A program made the translations under genes and the position numbers. Shown piece after piece: positions 27,879 to 38,004 of a stretch of 50,097 nt of DNA; the first letter of the stretch is position 1, and every line of letters starts with the position of its first letter. The notes beneath the pieces are model-generated. The model was not told the origin of the DNA. It made no database searches and saw only the letters and a list, made by a program, of their open reading frames with translations. This stretch comes from Bacilli bacterium (GTDB taxonomy: Bacteria > Bacillota_I > Bacilli_A > ML615J-28 > CAG-698). The stretch is taken from contig JBAYTC010000002.1 in the NCBI GenBank assembly GCA_041675825.1, positions 1 through 50,097 on the forward strand, in the 5' to 3' direction.

Positions 27879-29623
27879 TGAGAAGCCATAAAAATAATGA
27901 ATTGCGTTTATCTAATGTAGATGAACAAGTTGTTTTAGTAGGTTGGGTAAGCAAAGTGAGAAATCTCGGTGGTCTTATTTTCATTGATTTAAGAGATAGA
28001 TATGGGATCACCCAACTTACTGCTAAACCAGAAAATAAAAACCATAGTATATTAGAAACAATTAAAAATGAATATGTTATAAAGGTAGAAGGTACTGTTA
28101 AAGAGAGGGAAAGCAAAAATCCTAATTTAGAAACGGGAGACATTGAAGTAGAAGTTACTAATATTGAGATATTAAGCGAGGCAAACTTAACACCAATGAT
28201 TATTGCTGACAAGACCGATGCTTTAGAAGATTTGCGTATGAAGTATCGTTATTTAGATTTACGAAGACCTGCAATGCAAAGCAATATGTTTTTACGACAC
28301 AAAGTCACAAAAACTGTTAGAAATTATTTTGATAATATTGACTTTATTGAAGTTGAAACTCCAGTTTTTGGTAAATCAACTCCAGAAGGAGCAAGAGACT
28401 ATCTAGTACCTTCTCGAGTTCATCCGGGAAAATTTTATGCTCTTCCTCAATCACCACAAATGTATAAACAATTATTAATGGTTTCTGGTTTTGAAAGATA
28501 TTATCAAATAGTAAAATGTTTCAGAGACGAAGATTTAAGAGCAGATCGTCAAATGGAATTCACTCAAATTGATGTTGAGATGAGTTTTGTTGATGAAGAA
28601 GATATTTATCAATTGATTGAAGGAATGCTTAAAGAGGTAATGTATAATACTAAGGGAATTACTATTAATACTCCTTTTCCAAGAATTTCATTTGATGAAT
28701 CTATGGATAGATACGGAACTGATAAACCGGATACCCGTTTTGACTTAGAACTAGTTAACATAAGTGATATAGTTTCTACCTTGGAATTTGGGGTTTTTAA
28801 GACTTGTTTAGAAAACAATGGTATAATTAAAGCAATAAATGTTAAAAATGCTGCAGATAAATTTTCTAGAAAAGATATTGATAAATTAACAGAAAGCATA
28901 AAGAAATTTAAGGCTAAAGGATTAGCTTGGTTCAAAATGGAAGATAATTCTTATACTGGTGGTATTTCTAAGTTTATAACTGATGAAGTTTCGAGCACTT
29001 TAAATTCAAAATTAAATATCTGCAATAATGATTTAATCTTAATAGTTGCAGATAATAAGAATGTTGTTAATAGTTCTTTGTCATTCTTAAGAACATATTT
29101 GGGTAGAGAGCTTAATTTAATTGATCATGAAAAATTTAATTATTTATGGATAGTTGATTGGCCATCATTTGAGTTTGATGAAGAAGAAAATAGATATGTA
29201 GCAATGCATCATCCATTCACATCTCCTAAAGATGAATCTAAGTCGCAAATACTTACAAATCCTGGTAGTTGCTATTCTAAATGTTATGACATCGTTCTAA
29301 ATGGTTATGAACTTGGAAGTGGTTCTATTAGGATTCATGACCAAAAACTTCAAGCTGATATGTTTAAAGCTGTTGGATTAACAGATGAAGAAATTGTTGA
29401 AAAATTTGGTTTTTTTGTTGAAGCATTAAAATATGGTACTCCACCACATGGCGGTATAGCTTTAGGTTTGGATAGATTAGTAATGTTATTAACCTCTTCA
29501 ACATCAATAAGAGATGTAATTGCTTTCCCAAAAAGTGCTAATGCAATTGATCCTATGAGTGAAGCTCCCTCAGTCATCGATGAAAAGCAATTAAAAGAAC
29601 TAAAGATAAAGATCGAAAAATGA
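27878..29623 (+). CDS. aspS: Aspartate--tRNA ligase
   Basis: OB-fold N-domain, FRDEDLRADRQMEFTQID, insertion domain, GSGSIRIH, HGGIALGLDR. 581 aa. 1-nt overlap with hisS. Confidence 0.94.
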   Translation: MRSHKNNELRLSNVDEQVVLVGWVSKVRNLGGLIFIDLRDRYGITQLTAKPENKNHSILETIKNEYVIKVEGTVKERESKNPNLETGDIEVEVTNIEILSEANLTPMIIADKTDALEDLRMKYRYLDLRRPAMQSNMFLRHKVTKTVRNYFDNIDFIEVETPVFGKSTPEGARDYLVPSRVHPGKFYALPQSPQMYKQLLMVSGFERYYQIVKCFRDEDLRADRQMEFTQIDVEMSFVDEEDIYQLIEGMLKEVMYNTKGITINTPFPRISFDESMDRYGTDKPDTRFDLELVNISDIVSTLEFGVFKTCLENNGIIKAINVKNAADKFSRKDIDKLTESIKKFKAKGLAWFKMEDNSYTGGISKFITDEVSSTLNSKLNICNNDLILIVADNKNVVNSSLSFLRTYLGRELNLIDHEKFNYLWIVDWPSFEFDEEENRYVAMHHPFTSPKDESKSQILTNPGSCYSKCYDIVLNGYELGSGSIRIHDQKLQADMFKAVGLTDEEIVEKFGFFVEALKYGTPPHGGIALGLDRLVMLLTSSTSIRDVIAFPKSANAIDPMSEAPSVIDEKQLKELKIKIEK

Positions 29624-30270
29624 TTTTTCAAAGATTAAAATATTTGTTTGGATTAGAAAACTTAGAAAAATTAAATAATGCTAAAGTAGCAGTAATTGGT
29701 TTAGGTGGAGTAGGTGGTATAACCGCCATTAGTTTAGCTAGATCAGGAGTGGGAAATATTATAATATGCGATTATGACGTTGTTGATATAACAAATATTA
29801 ATCGTCAAATTATAGCGAATATTAAAAATATTGGCCGACTTAAAACTGATGTTTTAGAAGAAATGATTCTAGAAATCAATCCAAACTGTAAAGTTACAAA
29901 AATTAGTCAAAAGGTAAATGATAGTCTATTTTTGGAAAATCCTAATTTTATTATTGATTGTATCGATGATATTAAAAGTAAGAAATACTTAATTGAACAG
30001 TGTTTAACAAGAAAAATTAAGTTTATTAGTTCTATGGGTGCTGCCAAAAAAGTCGACCCTTCTAAGATAGCAGTAGTCAAACTGTCAAAAACTTCTTATG
30101 ATCCAATCGCAAAAATCCTCAGAAATCATTTTAAGAATAATGATTTTTATGTAGTATCATCTACAGAGAAACCAGCTAAAATTGATGTTTTGGGCTCATA
30201 TATGAACGTAGTATCGACATTTGGATTGTTTTTAAGTGATTATATTATTAAGTGCATAATAAGGAGGTAA
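29620..30270 (+). CDS. tcdA: tRNA threonylcarbamoyladenosine dehydratase (ThiF/E1-like, TcdA/YrvM)
   Basis: Rossmann motif VAVIGLGGVGG...DYDVVDITNINRQ. Position after hisS-aspS as for Bacillus yrvM. Short form (216 aa). Confidence 0.78.
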   Translation: MIFQRLKYLFGLENLEKLNNAKVAVIGLGGVGGITAISLARSGVGNIIICDYDVVDITNINRQIIANIKNIGRLKTDVLEEMILEINPNCKVTKISQKVNDSLFLENPNFIIDCIDDIKSKKYLIEQCLTRKIKFISSMGAAKKVDPSKIAVVKLSKTSYDPIAKILRNHFKNNDFYVVSSTEKPAKIDVLGSYMNVVSTFGLFLSDYIIKCIIRR

Positions 30271-30271
30271 C

Positions 30272-30511
30272 ATGTTTTTAACGGGAGATGTATTTATACA
30301 GGTCTTAATTATAGTGGGTGCGATGGTTCTATTCTTAGGAACATTTATGTTAAATAGAAAAACAAAAGTACCAAAAGATGTAGAACCAATAGATAAATGT
30401 AATACTTGTTTTTCAGACACTTGTATAGTTAAAATTAGTGATGTTGAGAAAATAAAGGAAGAATTACGCGAACAAATTAATAAATGTGAGGATTATAATG
30501 AAAAGAACTGA
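30272..30511 (+). CDS. Small membrane protein with a Cys-rich cytoplasmic tail (79 aa)
   Basis: AAGGAGG Shine-Dalgarno 5 nt before the ATG. One TM (VFIQVLIIVGAMVLFLGTFML), then CNTCFSDTC...C. No family recognised. Confidence 0.6.
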   Translation: MFLTGDVFIQVLIIVGAMVLFLGTFMLNRKTKVPKDVEPIDKCNTCFSDTCIVKISDVEKIKEELREQINKCEDYNEKN

Positions 30512-30968
30512 TTATATTAATTGGGATAAGTATTTTATGGGAGTAGCCATATTATCAAGTATGAGAAGTAAAGATCCAAACACTCAAGTTGGTGCATGTA
30601 TTGTAAATGAAAAAAAGAGAATTGTTGGTATAGGATATAACGGTTTCCCTCATGGATGTGATGATGATGTCTTTCCTTGGGAAAATAATGATAATTATTT
30701 GGATTCTAAGTATCCATATGTAGTCCATGCTGAGCCTAATGCAATCTTAAATGCCACTTGTCCTTTGGATGATTGTACATTATATGTTACACTATTTCCA
30801 TGTAATGAATGTAGTAAGTTAATCATTCAAAGTGGAATAAAGGAAATTGTATATTTGTCGGATAAGTATAATGGATTGGAATGGGATATTGCATCAAAAA
30901 GAATGCTTGATGCATCTAAAGTGAAATATCGCAAAATGGAACCATTCAATATTAGTTTAGAAGGGTAA
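30498..30968 (+). CDS. comEB: dCMP deaminase (ComEB-type)
   Basis: Track start (GTG 30486) trimmed to ATG 30498 after GTGAGGA. Zinc motifs HAEPNAI and PCNECSKLI. Confidence 0.9.
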   Translation: MKRTDYINWDKYFMGVAILSSMRSKDPNTQVGACIVNEKKRIVGIGYNGFPHGCDDDVFPWENNDNYLDSKYPYVVHAEPNAILNATCPLDDCTLYVTLFPCNECSKLIIQSGIKEIVYLSDKYNGLEWDIASKRMLDASKVKYRKMEPFNISLEG

Positions 30969-30972
30969 AAAA

Positions 30973-32037
30973 ATGATTAATTTTTTAAAAGAAATTTGGA
31001 ATAAAATAAAAAAATCATCATTTAAATTGAAAATTATTATTTCCTTAATACTTGTTTTATACTTATTTGTAATTACAGTTACTACAGTAAGTATAAATAT
31101 GTTTTCAAAAGATGATTATTATTTATTAACACCAGGAGAAATAAGTAGAGTAGATAATGTTATAAAAACAGATACTATTCACAATTCGGGTGATATTTAT
31201 ACAATTTCTGTATACGAATTTAGAAAAGTATCGCTATTACAATATTGGATTGCAAAAAGCTCCTCAAATTATCAAGTTGGAATAGATAATGAATCTTATT
31301 TAAGTAATGAAGAATTATTAATTCAAGGTACGATAATGAAGGATAATAGCATCACAAATTCTATAATTGTTGCTTATCAAGAGGCAAGTAAAGTAAATAG
31401 TAATGTTGCTATTGATTATGATTTTATCGGCATTATTGTTCACTCAGTTAGTGAACTAGCAAAAGGTGATATTAAGCAATCTGATATTATTACTAAAGTT
31501 AATGATGTTACTTTTAATAGTCAAGATGAATTTATTCAATTACTAGAAGGTGCTAAATCAAATATGAATATTGATTTAACTGTTCTAAGAGAAGAACAAG
31601 AAATTCAAGTACAAACAAGTTTTTACACTTCTGAAGGTAGTATATTTTTAGGTATTAATGGTTATGAACATTATAAAATCAACTCAGCGACTCCTGATTA
31701 TGATACTTATAGTAATAATACAACTGGTCCTTCAGGAGGTTTTATGCAATCATTAGCAATATACAATTCATTAATTGCTAAAGATATTACTAATGGTAAA
31801 AGGATTGTCGGAACAGGAACTATTAGTGTTGATGGTACAGTTGGAATAATTGGTGGAGTTAAGCAAAAAGTCATTACTGCTAATACGTATAATGCTGATT
31901 ATATGTTTGTTCCTCCTGCAAATTATCAAGATGCGATAAATCAATATGAATTATTAAAAAATCCAAGTTTTCCAAAACCAATATCAATATCAAACTTCAC
32001 TGAAGCTATTGCATTCTTAGAAGGGTTGGTGGAATAA
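30973..32037 (+). CDS. ylbL: PDZ + Lon-like S16 serine protease, YlbL/SepM family
   Basis: N-terminal TM, PDZ-like middle region, GPSGGFMQSLAIYN (Ser nucleophile) and GTISVDGTVGIIGGVKQKV (Lys) motifs. Confidence 0.82.
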   Translation: MINFLKEIWNKIKKSSFKLKIIISLILVLYLFVITVTTVSINMFSKDDYYLLTPGEISRVDNVIKTDTIHNSGDIYTISVYEFRKVSLLQYWIAKSSSNYQVGIDNESYLSNEELLIQGTIMKDNSITNSIIVAYQEASKVNSNVAIDYDFIGIIVHSVSELAKGDIKQSDIITKVNDVTFNSQDEFIQLLEGAKSNMNIDLTVLREEQEIQVQTSFYTSEGSIFLGINGYEHYKINSATPDYDTYSNNTTGPSGGFMQSLAIYNSLIAKDITNGKRIVGTGTISVDGTVGIIGGVKQKVITANTYNADYMFVPPANYQDAINQYELLKNPSFPKPISISNFTEAIAFLEGLVE

Positions 32038-32423
32038 TGAATCTATGGAAAAAAGGAAAAATCGAAATGCATAAGTATTATGAATTAAAACTTCGTAAAT
32101 CAACTGATATCAAATCAATGATATTTGGTTTGATTTTAACTGTTGTTTTAGTTATTCCTGTTGCATTTTTGTTGATTGATATATTAGAGATGCTATATTA
32201 TCATCCACTACTAAGTCGTTTATTAATTATTGTTGCATGGATATTGTTAATGCTATGTAATGGATTATCAAATTTATTTATGATAAAGCTTGCAAAAAGA
32301 TATTATCCAGAAAATCCAAATTTAACAAATATAGATGAAAAATCTATTTTTGTTTATCAATCTTTTAATATTGGTTTTGGATTATTCACTTTAGCAATTA
32401 TGATATTTTTGGGGGTACTATAA
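32037..32423 (+). CDS. Hypothetical membrane protein (128 aa, about 3 TM)
   Basis: Start overlaps the ylbL stop (TAATG) and its stop overlaps the lspA start (TAATG). Hydrophobic segments. No family recognised. Confidence 0.6.
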   Translation: MNLWKKGKIEMHKYYELKLRKSTDIKSMIFGLILTVVLVIPVAFLLIDILEMLYYHPLLSRLLIIVAWILLMLCNGLSNLFMIKLAKRYYPENPNLTNIDEKSIFVYQSFNIGFGLFTLAIMIFLGVL

Positions 32424-32917
32424 TGAACAAACTAAAACTTCAACACATATTAATAGGCTTATTATTTGTAATAATAGGGATAATAATTGATCAAGTTAGT
32501 AAGTACTTTGCGATAAATTATCTTAAAAATCATGGGTCTGTAAAAGTTATTGATAAATTTTTATACTTTAATTATACTGAAAATGATGGTGCTGCTTGGG
32601 GTATATTCGAAGGTAAGCTTTGGTTGTTTTACATAATTACTGTTATTGCTTTAGGTTTATTTGTTTATATGCTTAAAGATTTTGATTTGAAAAATAACTT
32701 AGTATATAGCATTGCGTTATCACTAATTATAAGTGGTACATTAGGTAATTTTATTGATCGAATTTTCAGAAAATTTGTTGTTGATTTCATAGAAGTTGAC
32801 ATATTTTCATACAAAAGCTTTCCGATTTTTAACTTTGCTGATATATTTTTAACCGTTGGTGTTGGTTTATTAATATTTGATATGCTATTTGGTAAAAGCA
32901 AACACCTATTGAAATGA
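32423..32917 (+). CDS. lspA: Lipoprotein signal peptidase II
   Basis: NYTENDGAAWG, GNFIDR and FNFADIFLTVG motifs. 164 aa. Confidence 0.92.
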   Translation: MNKLKLQHILIGLLFVIIGIIIDQVSKYFAINYLKNHGSVKVIDKFLYFNYTENDGAAWGIFEGKLWLFYIITVIALGLFVYMLKDFDLKNNLVYSIALSLIISGTLGNFIDRIFRKFVVDFIEVDIFSYKSFPIFNFADIFLTVGVGLLIFDMLFGKSKHLLK

Positions 32918-32925
32918 GGATTTAA

Positions 32926-33828
32926 ATGGAAAATTTAATAATAACATATAGTGGTGAACCAGTAAGAATAGATAAATATATTACTGGTGAACTATCTGAT
33001 GTTTCAAGAACGCAAGTTCAAATGATGATTAACAATGAATTTATTTTAGTTAATGATGAAGCTGTTAAATCAAATTATATTTTAAGAGAAAATGATGAAA
33101 TTAGTATAGAATTTGTTGCTCCAGTTGAAACAGATATTGAACCGGAAAATATAGCTTTAGATATATATTATGAGGATTCAGATATCATAGTTGTAAACAA
33201 ACCAGAGGGTATGGTTGTTCATCCAGCACCAGGAAATTATAAAGGAACTTTGGTTAATGCACTTCTTTATCATTGTAAAGATTTATCAGGAATAAATGGT
33301 GAAATAAGAGCCGGAATTGTTCATCGAATTGATAAGGATACTTCAGGATTGCTTGTATCTTGTAAGAACGATATATCTCATAGACATCTTAGTCAACAAT
33401 TTCATGATAAAAAGGTTAATAGACGTTATATCGCTATTTGTAGTGGAGTAATTCCCCATAATTTAGGAAAAATCAATGCTCCTATTGGTCGACATCCGGT
33501 TAATCGTCAACAAATGACTGTTAGAGAAAATGGTAAACATGCTATTACTAACTTCAAAGTGTTGGATAGATTTAAAAATCATACACTAGTTGAACTTTCT
33601 CTTGAAACCGGGAGAACACATCAAATTAGAGTTCACATGAAGTATATTGGTTTTCCAGTGACTGGGGATCCGATATATGGAAATAAAGGAGAAATTAGCC
33701 AGTTTGGACAGTTTTTGCATGCTAAAACATTAGGCTTTATTCATCCGACAACAAAAAAATATGTTGAATTCGAAAGCCCGCTTCCAGATTATTTTGATAA
33801 GTTCATTAAAAGTCTAAAAGACGAATAA
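32926..33828 (+). CDS. rluD: 23S rRNA pseudouridine synthase, RluD family
   Basis: S4 domain, HRIDKDTSGLLV catalytic motif, TGRTHQIRVH. lspA-rluD order as in Bacillus. Confidence 0.9.
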   Translation: MENLIITYSGEPVRIDKYITGELSDVSRTQVQMMINNEFILVNDEAVKSNYILRENDEISIEFVAPVETDIEPENIALDIYYEDSDIIVVNKPEGMVVHPAPGNYKGTLVNALLYHCKDLSGINGEIRAGIVHRIDKDTSGLLVSCKNDISHRHLSQQFHDKKVNRRYIAICSGVIPHNLGKINAPIGRHPVNRQQMTVRENGKHAITNFKVLDRFKNHTLVELSLETGRTHQIRVHMKYIGFPVTGDPIYGNKGEISQFGQFLHAKTLGFIHPTTKKYVEFESPLPDYFDKFIKSLKDE

Positions 33829-33934
33829 AAGGGTCTCTAAAATTGTTAGTGATTTTGTGGTTAAAAACACACAAAAATGATACTCAACCACAATCTATTT
33901 TAATAAAAACCACAAAAGATTTTAAAGAACCAAT

Positions 33935-33963
33935 AAAAACACCAATTATTAATTGGTGTTTTT
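33935..33963. terminator. Bidirectional terminator between rluD and rnhC (contains the rnhC stop codon)
   Basis: AAAAACACCAATT att AATTGGTGTTTTT. The last rnhC codons and stop (33949-33951) lie inside the hairpin. Confidence 0.75.
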
Positions 33964-34833
33964 ATTATGGAAATTCTTAAAATTTAGTTTCGAAATATCA
34001 TTTAAGATCTTTGATTTCCTATCTTTAATAATTATATCAATCATATTATCAACTTGTTTCCCAGCTCCTTTTGGAAGGTCATAGTTATAATCTTTTGATA
34101 ATTTTTTAAAATTCAAGATTAAATGGTATCTTGCGATAATAGAAGCAGCAGCAACTGCATAATATTTGTCTTCGGCTTTCTCAATCAACTCAACATTTTT
34201 AACAGGATCATAATCTTCTAGATATTTAAAATAGTTTGATGATGATGTGAAACCATCAATTACAATATAGTCATAATTGGTAATTTCTTTTGTAATTTTT
34301 TTTATAGCTTCATCATGCATAATAGCCTTAATTTTATTTAAGTTAAAATTTTTTAAAACATTATTATATTTATTATTATCTAAATATATAATTGTATAGG
34401 ATAGTTTTTCTTTTAAAATAGGTGCTAACGCTAAAATATCAGAATCTTTTAATTTCTTCGAATCTTTTAAACCGAATTTACTTAATTCAGGTATTTGCTT
34501 TTTATTAACATAACATGCGCAAACAAATATCCCCCCAAAAACATCACCTGTTCCTACTTCGTCAGTACCTATAATATTACCAGTTAGCAATAAGTTTGTT
34601 TTGGTTATTTCAATTGAAATAGATCGATTCAAAATTTTAGATATTTCATCAAATGTTTCTTCGGAATTTTTTCCTTGAACAAGTAATTTGTTTGTTGAAT
34701 ATATCTTTATAATACTATCATTATACCTAAATTTGTGCTTTACATATTTCTCAGGATTATTATCAATATATTTATTAAATAATTTGACGATTTTACTAAC
34801 TTCATTAATGTTTAAATTCATTGAATTACTCAT
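33949..34833 (-). CDS. rnhC: Ribonuclease HIII
   Basis: N-terminal TBP-like domain plus RNase H2-fold core (GTDEVGTGDVFGGIFVCA; ...DSKKL...; AAASIIAR). 294 aa. Confidence 0.88.
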   Translation of the reverse strand: MSNSMNLNINEVSKIVKLFNKYIDNNPEKYVKHKFRYNDSIIKIYSTNKLLVQGKNSEETFDEISKILNRSISIEITKTNLLLTGNIIGTDEVGTGDVFGGIFVCACYVNKKQIPELSKFGLKDSKKLKDSDILALAPILKEKLSYTIIYLDNNKYNNVLKNFNLNKIKAIMHDEAIKKITKEITNYDYIVIDGFTSSSNYFKYLEDYDPVKNVELIEKAEDKYYAVAAASIIARYHLILNFKKLSKDYNYDLPKGAGKQVDNMIDIIIKDRKSKILNDISKLNFKNFHNKNTN

Positions 34834-34898
34834 AATCCACCTCTATAGATATAATAACAAACAAGTCTTTAAAAATCAATTGAATTTATTATTCTGTC

Positions 34899-34927
34899 TT
34901 GTTAATGTGGTGTTTTTTTGGTATAAT
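34899..34927 (+). promoter_or_regulatory. Candidate promoter for the trmH-family gene/mutS2
   Basis: TTGTTA (34899-34904), 17-nt spacer ending in TGg, TATAAT (34922-34927). Confidence 0.45.
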
Positions 34928-34943
34928 AAAAATGGTGAAAAGT

Positions 34944-35654
34944 ATGAAAAAATATAAAAAGACAAATAATTTTTCTTATTCTTTAGGTATTACGTTGACA
35001 TTTTACTTACTTGAAAATAAGCCACAGTATATAAATAAAGTGTATATACATTCAAAGTATGAACGAAATGAAACATATTACAAATTAATTAATTTATGTG
35101 AAGAAAATGATATTGAATACCTAGAAAATGATAAGGTTTTTAATGTTTTGTCTGACAAAGAAAATTGTTATGTTATCGGTGAATTTTTGAAGTATTCCGG
35201 CAAATTGGAGAAGAACTCTAATCATTTAGTTTTAATTAATCCATCTAACATGGGTAATTTAGGAACTATTATTAGATCGATGGTTGGGTTTGGAGTTTTT
35301 AATTTAGCAATTGTTACACCTGCAGTTGATATATTTGATCCTAAAGTGATTAGATCTTCGATGGGGTCTTTATTCAAAATAAATTTTGAATTTTATGATA
35401 GTTTTACTAGCTATCAAAATGAACATAATAATAATATGTATCCATTTATGTTGCAAACTAGAACTAATCTATACAAAAATGACTTTGTTATACCATTTAG
35501 CTTAATATTTGGAAATGAAGCTTCTGGTTTAGATAGTAGTTTTTTAGAAGTTGGTACTCCTTTAATAATTAAACATAATAATGAAATTGATAGTTTGAAT
35601 ATCACTAATGCAGTAGCAATTGGATTATATGAAGCAACAAAAAATGATTTTTAA
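34944..35654 (+). CDS. SpoU/TrmH-family RNA 2'-O-methyltransferase
   Basis: Start moved to ATG 34944, because the predicted -10 at 34922-34927 excludes the upstream ATGs. SPOUT motifs NMGNLGTIIRSMVGFG, IFGNEASGL and IDSLNITNAVAIGLYE. Confidence 0.82.
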   Translation: MKKYKKTNNFSYSLGITLTFYLLENKPQYINKVYIHSKYERNETYYKLINLCEENDIEYLENDKVFNVLSDKENCYVIGEFLKYSGKLEKNSNHLVLINPSNMGNLGTIIRSMVGFGVFNLAIVTPAVDIFDPKVIRSSMGSLFKINFEFYDSFTSYQNEHNNNMYPFMLQTRTNLYKNDFVIPFSLIFGNEASGLDSSFLEVGTPLIIKHNNEIDSLNITNAVAIGLYEATKNDF

Positions 35655-35667
35655 AAAGAGGTAAATA

Positions 35668-37995
35668 ATGAATAAACATTATAAAACACTAGAACTGGAT
35701 AAGATAATTGATATAATAACTGGTTTTATTCGTTTAGACATTAATAAAGAAGAGATATATAATGTTTCTTTAAAAAGTGACTTAGATGAAATTAAAGAAG
35801 AGTTAGAAAGAGTTGATCAAACTTCAATTATTATTCAAAGAATGGGTAGTTTCCCATTACTTTTTCATATCGATATATCTTATATCTTACTAAAAGCGTT
35901 TAAATCTGGAGTTTTAGATACTAATGAACTAGTGAAAATTAATAATTTACTTGACACAGTTAGAGATTTTTATTTGTATACCGAAAAATTAGATAATGCA
36001 GAAATTGATTACTCATCACTATTAGCAGTTATTAATGATTTGAGTTATAATAAGGATTTAAATTTACAAATTAAGAATATTGTAAATCCTTATGGAGAGA
36101 TAAAAGATACTGCAAGTCCAATGCTTGCTTCAATTAGAAAAAAGCAAAAAGATTTAGAAAAAAACATTCAAAATAAATTACAAGAAGTATTAAATAAAAA
36201 CAATTCTATATTAACTCAAAGTGTAGTTTCTCTAAGAAATGGTAGATATGTTATACCGGTTAGAGCTGACTCTAAAAATTTAATTAAAGGTATTATCCAT
36301 GATCAATCAGCCAGTCGTGAAACAGTGTTTATTGAGCCTGCAATCATAAATGATTTAAATAATAGTTTAAATCAAAATATTCAAGATGAAAAAGATGAAA
36401 TTTATAATATTTTACGAAATATAAGTGCGATAATTGGTTCATATTTTGATGAATTGACTAGTAATTATGAAATAATTAAAAAGCTGGACTTAATTTATGC
36501 TAAAGCGTCATACGCTATTTCTATTAATGCTTCAAAACCAAACATAAATAAAAATGGAATTCTTGAATTAATTAACTGTCGACATCCACTACTTAACGTA
36601 GATAATGTAGTTTCAAATAGTATATCAATGGGAAAAGATTATAAAGGGATTGTTATAACTGGGCCAAATACTGGTGGTAAAACAGTTTTATTAAAAACAG
36701 TAGGTTTATTATCTCTAATGGTTAAATTTGGATTGCTTATACCAGCTGATGATACTAGTAATGTGATGATTTTTGATGATGTTTATGCGGATATCGGTGA
36801 TGAACAATCAATTAATCAAAATTTATCTACTTTCTCATCACATCTTAAAAATGTTATAGATATTATGAATCACGTGAATAATAATTCACTGGTTTTATTA
36901 GATGAACTAGGATCAGGTACTGATCCGCTTGAAGGTGCAGGGCTTGCTATAGGAATATTTGATTTTTTAATCAACAAAAAATGCTTAATTATTGCTACCA
37001 GTCATTATTCAGAACTAAAAATTCATGCTTATAATTCGAAAGAAATTATCAATGCTTCAGTGGAATTTGACGAAGTAACTTTAAAACCAACATATAAATT
37101 ATTAATTGGTGTTCCAGGAATGAGTAACGCTTTAAAAATCGGAAAGAATTTAGGTTTATCTGATGAGATAATAAAAAATGCTGAAAATTATCTATTTAAG
37201 CGTAATGATAATTTAAATCAAATGTTAGATAAATTAGTTAAACAATCTAGAGAACTTGATATTAAACTAAAAGATATCGATTTAAAGAAAAACGAATTAC
37301 TTTTAAAAGAAATCGAACTAGAGAGACAAAAAGAAATTAATCTCAAAGAAGAAGAGCAAATCATTACTAAGGCAAATGAAAAATCTCGCAAATTAATTGA
37401 GAGTTCAATGGAAAGAATCAATGATCTTCTTGAGGAGTTGAAGTCTAATAAAGATAAAGGATTAAAAGTTCACGAAATAGCGGACTTAACTCATAAAGTA
37501 AGAAAACTTGAAACTGATAATCATATAAATATTGATAATAGAAGAAGTGATAATATTTCTGAAAATGATACTGTATTTGTTAAGAGTTTTAATTGTTATG
37601 GGTTAGTAACTAAAGAGTTGAAAAACAACAAATTTGAGGTTTTAATTGGTAATGCAACTATGAAAATTGATAAAAAAGAACTTGTTTTATCAGAATCAAA
37701 AACCACTACATCACCAAAAAAGAGTGTTGATGTTTCTATAAAAACTAAAGTAACTTCAGAACTTGATTTAAGAGGGAAAAGATACGATGAAGCAAGTAAT
37801 ATGATTGATAAATTTATTGATGAAGCTATTTATGCTAATTTAAATACAATATCAATTATTCACGGCTTTGGAACCGGAACTATTAGGAGATTAGTATTGG
37901 ATACATTAAAAAATCACAAAGAAATTGCCGAGTTTAGGTTTGGTGGAGCCAATGAAGGTGGACAAGGTGTTACCATTGCTACACTTAAAAAATAA
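35668..37995 (+). CDS. mutS2: Endonuclease MutS2 (MutS domain + C-terminal Smr)
   Basis: Walker A GPNTGGKT, DELGSGTDP, coiled coil, and an Smr domain (LDLRGKRYDEA...HGFGTGTIRR). Confidence 0.93.
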   Translation: MNKHYKTLELDKIIDIITGFIRLDINKEEIYNVSLKSDLDEIKEELERVDQTSIIIQRMGSFPLLFHIDISYILLKAFKSGVLDTNELVKINNLLDTVRDFYLYTEKLDNAEIDYSSLLAVINDLSYNKDLNLQIKNIVNPYGEIKDTASPMLASIRKKQKDLEKNIQNKLQEVLNKNNSILTQSVVSLRNGRYVIPVRADSKNLIKGIIHDQSASRETVFIEPAIINDLNNSLNQNIQDEKDEIYNILRNISAIIGSYFDELTSNYEIIKKLDLIYAKASYAISINASKPNINKNGILELINCRHPLLNVDNVVSNSISMGKDYKGIVITGPNTGGKTVLLKTVGLLSLMVKFGLLIPADDTSNVMIFDDVYADIGDEQSINQNLSTFSSHLKNVIDIMNHVNNNSLVLLDELGSGTDPLEGAGLAIGIFDFLINKKCLIIATSHYSELKIHAYNSKEIINASVEFDEVTLKPTYKLLIGVPGMSNALKIGKNLGLSDEIIKNAENYLFKRNDNLNQMLDKLVKQSRELDIKLKDIDLKKNELLLKEIELERQKEINLKEEEQIITKANEKSRKLIESSMERINDLLEELKSNKDKGLKVHEIADLTHKVRKLETDNHINIDNRRSDNISENDTVFVKSFNCYGLVTKELKNNKFEVLIGNATMKIDKKELVLSESKTTTSPKKSVDVSIKTKVTSELDLRGKRYDEASNMIDKFIDEAIYANLNTISIIHGFGTGTIRRLVLDTLKNHKEIAEFRFGGANEGGQGVTIATLKK

Positions 37996-38004
37996 TTTAT
38001 AAAT

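Noticed and set aside
27829-28212. 127-aa minus-strand ORF spanning the hisS/aspS junction.
   Set aside because: It is antisense to two highly conserved aaRS genes, with a shadow-frame composition and no start signals.
34688-34957. 89-aa plus-strand ORF across the rnhC start and the rnhC/trmH-like intergenic region.
   Set aside because: It is antisense to the rnhC N-terminus and contains the predicted promoter of the next gene. There are no translation signals.
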